A stretch of DNA of 63,786 bases, counting the filler, from Atractiella rhizophila (taxonomy: Eukaryota), in NCBI GenBank assembly GCA_021432655.1. It is 5 parts of 5 records of this genome, joined end to end, with 100 filler letters (N's around TTAATTAATTAA, not from the genome) between each part and the next. Parts side by side here need not be neighbours in the genome. Positions count along the whole stretch, not along the records: positions 1 to 16,706 come from MU271895.1; positions 16,807 to 33,509 come from MU271896.1; 3 more parts are not named here. One strand, given 5' to 3'. Under the pieces are notes generated by a model. It searched no databases, was not told where the DNA came from, and saw nothing but the letters and a program-made list of their open reading frames with translations. The position numbers and the translations under genes were made by a program. How positions within the stretch are numbered: the first letter of the stretch is position 1; the number at the start of each line of letters is the position of its first letter. This document shows positions 11,786-22,115 of this stretch, piece after piece.

Positions 11786-11879
11786 TATACCCACCTATCA
11801 AGCAAACCAAGCCCCCCTTGACCACCCATAGCGCTCTGTACAGCGTCCCGAAGCCGTATTCCTCTCCCAGCGGCAACTT
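11786..11879. repeat. 94-bp segment duplicated at 16613-16706
   Basis: TATACCCACCTATC...CGGCAACTT reads identically at both positions; the second copy runs into an N-gap. Confidence 0.95.
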
Positions 11880-12544
11880 CATCGTTCCAAACCGCTTGAA
11901 GTACCGGCTACCACCATCACTGGACCCAGCGCATCGTAGTAACCTCATTTGCCCAACGTTCAGCGAAATGAACCACGAATCTGTGACAATGTTCCCCCTT
12001 TCCCTTGAGTGGTCAACTGACGCGCGACTCGCAAGTCCGCGACGAGATTCACTGCGGAACGTTCTGTCCCTTCTGGCAGGGAAGATCCGAAAATTGGAAC
12101 ATACCACAACCTGCAGCAAACGAATGTTGTTGGGGTGATCACCATTCGATCACAAATCTCTCTCACTCAAGTCTTGTTCAAAAGGATTAGGTTCTGCGAG
12201 CGGTTGCGGTTGCGTCTATAACAACGTCTCGATACAAAGCGCAAGGGGATGTGCTGATTGGCAGCCCCTACTGTACAGCCTCACCTGGTTCGAACTCTCA
12301 GGGAACGCTTTTGATGTCCGCAAGAAAGGCTTTAAATGTAATATTTTGTGCTTCAGTATTCGCAGCGCGGTGTACGACCGCACGCAAAACATGTGGACGA
12401 AGCGGACACCATAAATCTCTACCCTTCGCAATTGGCAATTACGTTCAGTCAAGGCCCTAACAAAAGTGGGAAAGGACGGTTAGTTTGGATATAGCTGCCA
12501 TTTGAATGATTATCGTAGGTACTTTTTAAATGCGTTGATGGCTG

Positions 12545-15212
12545 TTAGTATTGAGGGTTGTAGAAGTTATCCCGGAAAGCAACAGGTGGGTTAGGTTGAT
12601 ATCCACCCATAAAGACGTATGGCGGCCAGCCAAAGGAAGGGTGACGATGGATCGGGGCGAACTGTTGAAAGGGGACAGGAGAAACGCCATGAAGACCCTT
12701 GGGAGGCATTCCGCCGCCTGTCAACCTTTGATGGAATCCTCTGCCGCGATTCATCTGGTCGTTGTTTTCACCAGAAATCTTGCATTCAATCTTCTTGCCA
12801 TAAGGCTTATCCCTGATCTGTGGAAGAATGGGTTTGATCTGACTGACGAGCTGACCTCCTCTTAGTGACTAACAGGTTTCGCTAGGTGACTACCTACTTT
12901 GTCCCATTGGCCGCGATCAGCATAATCGAGAGCGGTTTGACAAACGTAGTTTCCAAACGGATCTAGAAGCAACCTCCCCACACCATTATCCGCCAGGATC
13001 TCATCGATAATAGCTCGTTTTTCATCTGGACCTGCAGCGCGGATGCACTATACGGCATAATCGCTCAACAGCACAATTGTGCGAAAACGGACGCACTTTT
13101 TCAACGACGTTGGAGCTAAACCTCTGCATAGACAGAGCATAGATGTTCCCCAAGAATTGGTGAACAATAGTCTCAGTGCAGTCAGCGTTGGACAGATCCA
13201 AGCAATGCTGAATAACGTAGTTGCCTGTTCGAAAGTGTCAATCACAATCCTCGGGGAAGGCGGAACAGACCGAAAGAATCTTGAACCAATATGAGAGAGT
13301 TGTCGATGACCTCCTTGACTAGTTGAGCCCTCTGCGAATGCGTCCCACGATCGATGCATTGTTGAAAGACGCAGCAGCCGTATCGATCGGTTGCAACCTT
13401 AAGACAGTTAGTGGACACCGCATTATAGATGAACTGAGAGGAATAAAATTAGTTGGTTTGCCATTGTGAGCGAAACAAACCTGGTTGTCTTGCGGAGCCA
13501 GGTGATCGAGGCACTTCTCGATGACATGCTGTCCACGCAGGTCTCGAATTAAGGTGAACACGTTCAAGTTAAGACCAGCGACCAAGCTCATGACCTGGCT
13601 TCGGGTGGAAAGGTAATCGATGATGTTCTGGACAGCTCGAGTTCCGTGCGTGTTCAACGAGATGGAGACCAGTTTGTTGGAAATAGACTTGAGGAGTGCG
13701 TCTCGCTGCTCATCAGAAGATAACTGGAATAGCTTCTGGGAGAGATGAGTGCTAACTGCTCCATGAGTTATGAGGATAAGATCTCCTTCCGTAGAGAACA
13801 ATTCGTACAGCGACCCATCATCAATTCACTGAAGTGGGGAAGAGCTCCTTGTTGATCAGATCACGATGCTTGGGGTTACCTTCCTCCAACTGCTTTTGAA
13901 GGTATCTGCTGCCGTCTTGACCCTGGGACAGTAAGTACAACCCACCCTGTAGATCTTCGAGCCTCCGAAGGCTGGCATGAAGGTTGCAGCCATACGATTG
14001 ATGTCCTTTTGATTTCCAGTCCGTAAAATGAGAGTGGAATAGAGAGCTGAAATTTCCAGCGATGCAGGTCTATCAAGCCGTCAGCTTCAGAAGGCAAGCC
14101 AAAGCTTGAAACTGATCCCATACCTTGGAAATCGCATCGGTGACAGCATCAAGGGTTGGGGAAGGTGCTCTCGGAATGGCGCTTTTGACTGGAACATGCG
14201 GGTCCTGGTCCTTGTCCTCTCTCACCAATCCCATGGATCCTACACTGAGCCGCATCACCGATTCATAAGTGCGTAGATGATCGGTTTGTGCAGCAATTTG
14301 AAACGGAAACTCAAGCGAAGCTTCTGAGCAATTAGTCTCACGACTGAGAGGAGAGCACCGGATTGCTGTACCAGACAGCACATTAGCGGAAAAGTTCTGG
14401 GTCTGTTTATCGGCAACATTGGTGCCGCCGTTCGCAGTCCTAGTGCTCGTCGCAGGTCCAGCGCCAGGACAGTCCTGAGGTTTAGGCGCCAAATCCAATA
14501 CAGCTAAAGAGGAGAGAAGTCGGCATTCCACCTCGACTTGATCAGAGTTTCCAAGGCTGGTCTTCTTGTGCGCGTGAGAGTGAGTCGTAGGAACGATGTG
14601 ATTCTCAACTTCGATGCGTTGCTTTCTTGTTCCGGGATTATGTTGACCCTGCCAATTATTGTCAATGAGTACTGGGTGATGCTAGAGATCAAGAACTCAC
14701 AGCGACCAAAGCCAGATCCTTCGGCTGCGAGCAGATGATAGAATCAGAACATCTCACGATCTCAACATTAACCTCACGTCAAGCACTTCTCTGAGCCAAC
14801 CGCTCTTCTGGCCATTCGCACTGTTACCGTTAGCACTAAGGCCCACGTTCCTTTCGTTGAGACATGGCGGATGAGGGCGAGAACCTGGAAGGACGCCATG
14901 ACCAAAAATGGAGCTGTTGCTCTTCGTCGCTCCAGCGATTCCGTTAACTGGAAGCAAGTTATCGGCGAAAGGAGACTGCTGAAGCCTAGGCTCAAATTTG
15001 GTCACTCCTAAGGAAGGGAGGGTTTTCGAATTCGTGAGGTTGCGGGGATGTGCCTCACTTCTGGAGTGTGAACAAACGAGCCAAGATTGGGAAGAGAGAG
15101 GAGAAACATGCTTCTGTTGCGTGAGTTTATTAGACAGTCGACCGCGAAGCAAGGGGACTCTTACAGGCGCTTTGCCTTGAGGCGGGGCTTCCCAATCACT
15201 CTCGATAGACAT
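12545..15212 (-). CDS. Pumilio/PUF RNA-binding protein (Puf4/Mpt5-like), multi-exon
   Basis: Eight PUF repeats recoverable by splicing: QDGSRYLQKQL, STHLSQKL, NTHGTRAVQ, DLRGQHVIEK, DRYGCCVFQQ, DSFGNYVIQH, QRFSSNVVEK, DPFGNYVCQT; low-complexity N- and C-termini. Confidence 0.88.
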
Positions 15213-16111
15213 TGAGGCGGGTAACGTTGAAGCTGAAGTATTTGACTTGAAAGTTAGACGTGGCTCAGAATTGGAGGGTCGTTGGGGATTTGCGATGATG
15301 GATACTTGTTAAAAGGCAGCCGCGGGGAAGGATGAGAAAATGCACCAGTAGTTCGTTATCAGCGTGACTGGCATGACCGTCCATTTATAGGAAGAGCCTA
15401 GCCGTATTGAATTATCGTTCTGAATGACACACAATAGGCTGGATCAACAGTGGCTGATTTTTGGATAAAGTTCAAACGGTCTTGTATGGGTTGTATCAAT
15501 GAAATCGACATGCGAAAACGAGGTGGAAGGATGTCCNNNNNNNNNNNNNNNNNNNNNNNNNTGAGCCAGAAACTTCCTCAGGACCCAAGCATTAAAAGGC
15601 ACTACCCATCGATTATCATATATAAACTCTTGGCCCCGTATCATCTTGTCTCATGTTGAGGTGGAGTAGGTGGAGTAGGATTAAAACAGGTGGGGCGTCG
15701 CCTCTCTCTTACAGGTTGACCATGGTGTAGTGGTGCCTCCTGCTGCAGAGATTGATGCTGTTTGGATCGGCGCTCTCGATTTCTAGTTTGATTTCTCTGA
15801 ATTGCACGTGGCATGAGAGTGTAGCTTGCTGCACATAACAAAATGATATGAGTGAAGAATATATAAGCCAGAGTCCACACACCTATGCTTTTTTTGCTTG
15901 ATTTGATTTGATGCTAACAGGCTCAGGGATACTATGGTAGACTGTCAGGAAGCATATTTGTGGTGAAAGAAACTGTTTCACTTGCATGAATGCTTGCTCA
16001 CTTTCCCTCATAGATGGCACACAACAGTTTTTGGCGCATGACCTGAGAAATCACGGAAAGCCTTGAAGAAATCGCGTGCACGCAGTTTGCGCACAATAGG
16101 ATTTGGCAGTG

Positions 16112-16203
16112 AAAAAATGCGACATGACTGAGACTCGAACCCACACCAACACCAATGAGTCAAGACTCAACTACCAACCATACACCAACTACACCATCAC
16201 ACG
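16112..16203 (-). ncRNA. Degenerate tRNA-like / Pol III unit inside the Helitron
   Basis: A-box-like TGGTGTAGTTGG, B-box-like GGTTCGAGTCTC in a partial T-arm, followed by TTTTTT; the acceptor stem pairs only partly. Confidence 0.45.
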
Positions 16204-16335
16204 AACTCTTTACTTTGTGGGCTTATTTGAGTAGGTAAGGACATTTTTGTCAAAGTGCCACGTCCGGTCACTTGACTCAGTCATGGAAGACAACTATTTT
16301 TTATCCTTTAAATATCCTTTAAATAAGCTTTATTA

Positions 16336-16520
16336 TATACGGTTGGAAAGGCGCTGACACGCGTATTCTGGTGGTATGCTCAGAATTTTGATGGGGTTGT
16401 TGTGGACCAAGAAGTCAATTGAGTCAGTAAGGAAAACAATTTTTTTTTCGTCTTTCAAATAGGCTTTGTTGTATACGGTTCGAAAGGCGCCGACACGCGT
16501 ATTCTGATGGTATGCTCAGA
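16336..16520. repeat. ~49-bp direct repeat pair in the Helitron 5' region
   Basis: TATACGGTT(G/C)GAAAGGCGC(T/C)GACACGCGTATTCTG(G/A)TGGTATGCTCAGA at 16336-16384 and 16472-16520. Confidence 0.85.
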
Positions 16521-16806
16521 TTACTGGCAGGGTTGTTGTGGGTGGTGAGAGAAGTGCTCAAAAGTACATGCGTGAGTCATGCTAAAAACCCGTCGTGCTT
16601 TATATATAAGGATATACCCACCTATCAAGCAAACCAAGCCCCCCTTGACCACCCATAGCGCTCTGTACAGCGTCCCGAAGCCGTATTCCTCTCCCAGCGG
16701 CAACTTNNNNNNNNNNNNNNNNNNNNNNNNNNNNNNNNNNNNNNNNNNNNTTAATTAATTAANNNNNNNNNNNNNNNNNNNNNNNNNNNNNNNNNNNNNN
16801 NNNNNN

Positions 16807-17556
16807 ATCTTACCACTCAGGCCATATTGGAGGATCGTCCTATCCCTACAATAATCACAAAGTGTATTGCTGCCGTTGAAGCTATCGGTACGGATTTCAT
16901 TTCTTGTATCATGCAAACCGCTGACCCTCCGTCAAGGGATGGAATACGAAGGGATCTATCGGAAGACAGGCGGATCGGCTCAAACGAAACTCGTCACAGC
17001 TTGTTTCGAAAAGGGTGAACCGTTCGATCTTGAAGATTCGGATCGCTTCAACGACATCGCTGCAGTTACCAGTGCATTCAAGAACTACCTTCGTTCACTT
17101 CCTATTCCTCTTTTCACCTTTGAGCATCATGAGTCCTTCATGGCCGTTGCAAGTGAGTTCCTCCCATCCATGGTGCTTGATTTCCAGTTCTGACGATAGT
17201 ATTCAGCCATGTCAGAGGCAGACGGTCGAACGGAGGTGCTCGAGAAGCTTCTTCATATGCTACCCGAGATTCATTTCAACACTGTCAAGTTCATCATGAC
17301 CCACTTGCATAGAGTCCACCTGGCCTCAGAGGAAAATAAAATGACATCTTCCAATTTGGGAGTCGTGTTTGGACGTGAGTCTATCCTTCTGTTCGTATTC
17401 AGATGAAGCTGACATGATCTGGTGAAAGCGACTTTGCTGCGGTCTTCGAATCCCGCTAGAGAGTTTTCTGATATGGGATCCAAAGCTAAAATCGTCGAAG
17501 TTCTCGTCGAGAACGCAGTTCAATTATTCTCACAGCCTTATCAGAGCTTTTTCTAA
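16807..17556 (+). CDS. Rho GTPase-activating protein (RhoGAP domain), 5'-partial
   Basis: IPTIITKCIAAVEAI..GMEYEGIYRKTGG, DIAAVTSAFKNYLRSLPIPLF, ENKMTSSNLGVVFG; three introns; starts at a gap. Confidence 0.92.
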
Positions 17557-18145
17557 CTTGTGATTATCTCCGTTTGTCATGTTTACAGAAAAGGAAAATG
17601 AAGAGGACAATAATCGAACTTGTTTCAGTTAGCTGTTTGTGTTCATAGCACTTTCTGTTGCGTTCGGTTTCTCTTCGTCTTTTCACACTCCTTCTTTCGA
17701 TTTACCATCAAGGCTGTCAAGATGAATTTCGATACTATTGTTTTGATAACTCCAGGCTTTTCTTTCCGCTTCGTCACGTCCTTAACTTGTTTTCTCTGCA
17801 TCGAAGGTAACTCTGGCCAGTCCTAGATTTTGTCTCAAGGCTTTCTTTGTCGCCATTCTTCTTTCCGTTTGTGATTTATGGTTGCTCCTCTTTCGCCTTT
17901 GTTCGACTATCGTCATCCTACTTCATGTCGTTGATACCCCACCTTACCGATTGGTTTTCTTTCAGGCTGTTGATTACTATACATTGGGACTCGTTTGCAG
18001 AAATGGAATGTGTCCTCTCACAAGACAACTATCTGCCGTTTGATGCATGCAAATGAGCAATTTCCGAAAGAGGAAATGCTTAATCTCACGCAAACTAAAC
18101 TTGAGAGAACCAACACCTCAGGTTGCGGACGGTCATAAAGCAGCC

Positions 18146-19067
18146 ATGCAATCTCCCATGTATCCCTCACCTCTCTCTGCGGTGCCACGAGATCGTTCCT
18201 CTCTCGCTTCGCAGCTGACTGTGGACTCCTCGCATTCGAGCACCCGTTTCTCGACACTATCGGTGGGCCCCAGTGGCAGTGGTAGTGCTCCCTCCAGCAA
18301 GAGGACGTCCTTGATTTACGACCGTCCAATCAACAAAACGAAGAATTCCGAGGTTGCTCTGAGCGCTTGGGAGTTTTGGTTCAGTGAGATTGTGCAGTAC
18401 ACCCAAGGACGAGTCGCGGGGATTGCTGATTTTGAAAAGAAGTTCGTCTTTCTCTTCTTGATACAAATGTACAAGTTGATTCTTCTTTGCAGGTTGAATA
18501 CGCTGGGTTACCGCGTAGGATTGTCCCTCGTCGAGCTTTATCCTCTCCGGGATTCCTTACACAGTTCTTCCTCTTCCTCCACTTCCTACCTCTCCCGCTC
18601 TGCTCCACCGACACGGATCCTCCGTCTCCTTCCCCTCCTCTCCTACATCCACACCACGCTCTATCGGCACCTCTTTGGACGAGCAGCTGACAGTCTCGAG
18701 AAGAGTACGGATAATGAGGACGAGTACATGTTGGGAGATAACAACCCGACACTCACGAGGAGCATCAATGTCCCAAGAGAAATGAGCCAGCTTTGTTGTA
18801 TGGCTTTTGTGGCGGGTATCGTGGAGGCATTCATGGATGGAATGGGGTTTGTACGTTTGTGCCATCCTGTCTTACCTTCAAAAGAGCATTGACGCATATC
18901 CTGGGCAGCCTGCACGAGTAACAGCACACAATGTACCAACGGACCAGTTCCCAAGAAAGTGCATTATCCTGATCAAACTAGACCGGTTCGGTTTTCCCTC
19001 TGCTGCCTTGCGTGTCTGAGAAACTTGGATATTCAGGTCAGTGATGGAACGAGAAGCAGCATTCTGA
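18146..19067 (+). CDS. TRS31: TRAPP complex subunit Trs31 (TRAPPC5)
   Basis: EVALSAWEFWFSEIVQYTQ, LNTLGYRVG, LFGRAADSLEKST, SQLCCMAFVAGIVEA, PARVTAH; three introns. Confidence 0.92.
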
Positions 19068-19163
19068 AGTCGAAGGATGTACAACACTTTTGTGACTTGC
19101 AATATGATGGGCACCGATGTAAAAAGATCCACTCTAGAGTGGCGATAGAAACTGGGACAAGAA

Positions 19164-21052
19164 CTAACGGCGACGGTCATCCCTATTCCTGTCGCTATAC
19201 CGTGGTCGCTTCCTCTCCTCATCCCGTTCCCGACTTCGACTTCTGCTCCTCCGCCGACTGCGCTCCTTGTCATATGTGTCCCTGTCCCGTCCTCCATCCC
19301 TCTCCCTCGCATGATCTCTCTCTCGCTCTCTCCTCCCTCCCCACCCACTATCCCTCTCCCTTCCACCATCCCATTCCCTTCTTTTCTGCCTCTGCCTACC
19401 ATCATCACGATCCACGTCCATCCCCACACCTTTCCACCGTTGACTCGCCTCCGCCTCCCTTTCATCCTGTCCTTTTGGAGGGAAAGGACAATCCTTCCGT
19501 GCGTGATCGAGGTAGCCACAATTGTAGCAGCCTTGTTGTTGTTGATTTGACTGGATTCCGTAATAAGCGCCTTCGCCTTTTCGGCCACCTTTTTCGGCTG
19601 CCCATCCAGCTTGTCGGTCCGTCGTGTCCTAATCAGAAAATTATTAGGGATGCGTCGTGATTGAAATACTGAGATAGAGAAGACGAACCTCAGCTACCAA
19701 ATGAGTCCATTTCGTCTGCGACATCTTCCCAAAGTCTCTCACTTGTAAGACTTTCGGAAGAGCGGTCGCATCTTTGATCGTCCCTTCAGTAGGTGCAGAA
19801 TAGTCGTGCTTCTTCATAATCTCGTCATCCTAAACCCAAATTGTTAAGGCTTCCTTCCAATCGGGGAGGGGAAAGGGAACGAAACGTACGGCATAAAAAG
19901 CACCCTTATGATGATATTTCTGCAAAAAGACTTGCTTGCCCTTCTGCTTCTCCTCCCTCGTCTTCCGTGCATGCTCTAAATCTTCTTTGAGTCTTACAGC
20001 TTCTGGCAACGCGCGGCGGGCTTCAACTTCCTCCCGCTCTTTCTCCCGCCTGTTGATCCCGTTAGAAAAGTGAACCGTACGAGGAGATTAAGGGACATAC
20101 GCATAACGCTCCTCTTTATCCCTCGCAAGTCGCTTGAGCTCCCTCAGCTTCCATTCCTCGAATTCCGCCTCCGGATCAAGTCCATCCGTATCGTCAAGGA
20201 AAGGAAATATATCTTCTTTCTCCTCTATCATCCAATAGACATCAAAGCGTCAATGCGGAATTCACAATGGAGAGGAAAAGGGGAGGAGAAAGGAGATAAA
20301 CGCACTGTCAGCTAATGTACGGGACAAGGTTTCTTCCACCAGTTTATGTGCCGACGCTTTACGTTCCGCCTCTTCTGCAGCTCGACGTGTCTCCTCTTCC
20401 TCGTACGAAAGGGTGGTCAGTGCAGTGTTGCGGTCTCGTCTGTAGGTGACATCAGCTAACGTGGGTAATGTAGAAAACAGACACACTTTGAGATAAAAGC
20501 CGGTTTGTAGAGCGGTTTGGGTGCAGGTTCTTCTTCACTAGATTCCTCTGATGAAGACTCTTCCGATTCGGATTCCTACACATGTTGAGTTAATAGGGCA
20601 GTTCAGCAAAACAGCATCAAATAAATACGTGCCTCTTCCTCCTCCTCCTCCTCTTTTACTCGACTTAAGAGCTCTTCAGCCTCCTTCTTAATCCTCATCT
20701 CTAATCTCCCAAATACCACATTATCTACCATCCAGCTTTGCATTGCTGGAAACAACCGGAAAGACGTACCTTCGTCAAACCTCCTCCTTTCTTCCTCCAC
20801 CAATTTCTCATCCTTAATCACGACTTTCGCTTTCGCGACTTTCTTTTTCTGTCCAATCACCCGCGCTGCAGCAGGGACGGTCAAATCCACCACCTTGTCG
20901 CCCCCAATTCGCCGCTCAGGCTCCTCCTCCACCTGCACTTGGGCAGCATCGTCGTTCTCTGAATCTGAAGTATCGCTCGCTGGGAGAGTCGCCCCCTTCC
21001 CTTTTCTATAACGTGTGGCGGCGCGGGTGGGTGCTACTGCTGGTGGAGGCAT
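19164..21052 (-). CDS. MFAP1: Microfibrillar-associated protein 1 / Spp381-like splicing factor
   Basis: DDTDGLDPEAEFEEWKLRELKRL, FLQKYHHKGAFY, LPKVLQVRDFGKMSQTKWTHL; RD/RS-rich C-terminus. Confidence 0.9.
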
Positions 21053-22115
21053 TCTCAAGTGTGGCTGAAGAGGATGAGCAGGAGACGTCAAATCTTATCT
21101 CTCAAACCTCACCATCACGTGTTATTTTCGCGCTTTCAGCAAAAGGAATGATACCTCTCTAATAAGGATCTACGGTGAAGCTTTCAAGCTTGTGGAGCGT
21201 GTTGCATTTTGCGTAATATGACGTGTCTGGTCTCTCTCTATCTTCTATTCAGCTGTTGGCAATCTTCCTTTCTGGTCGTCGCTCGCCAATTTCAAGTTAC
21301 AAAGGGAGTGCGAAACTATGCCAACTGTTCGCGATTATCTAAGTCTGAGCGCTGAGCGCTGAGTTGTTGCAGATACTCAAGAAAGCTCGTGGCCACTTTG
21401 GCAGTGGCTGGTGTGTCTCGCTTCCAAACGTCAACGTCCCCACTTCATGTGATAGGAAGGTACGAGCTGGACAAATCAAGGAAAGGGAACAAGTTTCGCA
21501 ACATCGACGCAGGAAGGTCATTGACCTTCTCGCGAACAGGTCGCGATTGAGCAGGGCTGCAACCTACTGCTCTGGATTGAGAAGCCCCAAATTCTTCCTC
21601 CAAATCCACCCGTTTGGGCGGCCGACCATCTCATTATTCAGCTTCCACTATATTGAAGCGCATCTTATCCAAACAGATCATTTACACGGGAGCAGTCGCG
21701 AAGAAGAAAACTCGGGACATCCAACCCGCTCATCAGCCTGAGCTCCCAGTTCCGTGTACGAACACCGTACTACCTCCGCAATCAAAACCTGTCCCCCACG
21801 ATCCTTTGTGCCCCTGAGTGCGGAAGTAAGTATGTACATTGGTGCTTTCTTGGCTGTTCGTTGGAGCTTCTGGAGATCTTTCATGCCCATGGACATGGGG
21901 AGAATCGAAGTTTTCGGACGGATGGTTTGGCATGGTCATGTTGGTCGTCGATTGCGGGGGAGCATCCTCCTCTCCCGAGGACGCCCGCAAATGTCATAAA
22001 AGCGATTGATCTGATTCCCACCTCAGCTTCACGCTTTCAAGCCCAAGCCCAGCTCGACTTCTTCCCCCAACAAAAAACTTCGCTAGCAACTTTCGAAAAG
22101 AAAACAAAACTGAAC

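Larger units (their letters stand above)
15562..16612 (-). mobile_element. Helitron 5' end, internally deleted, with a RepHel fragment
   Basis: Minus strand begins TCCTTATATATAAAG after an A; YDNRWVVPFNAWVLRKFLAH near 15562-15620 is the conserved Helitron RepHel motif; truncated by an N-gap. Confidence 0.85.

Noticed and set aside
16119..16203. Functional tRNA gene
   Set aside because: The acceptor stem pairs poorly and there is no canonical 7-nt anticodon loop; kept only as tRNA-derived.
16751..16762. TTAATTAATTAA palindrome inside N runs (also 33554-33565, 50355-50366, 62675-62686)
   Set aside because: Identical 12-mer centred in gaps that places stops in all six frames; a scaffolding marker, not biology.
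18959..19660. His/Pro-rich plus-strand ORF (similar antisense ORFs at 42081-42776, 46578-47417, 51209-51880)
   Set aside because: Antisense shadows of low-complexity exons of real genes.
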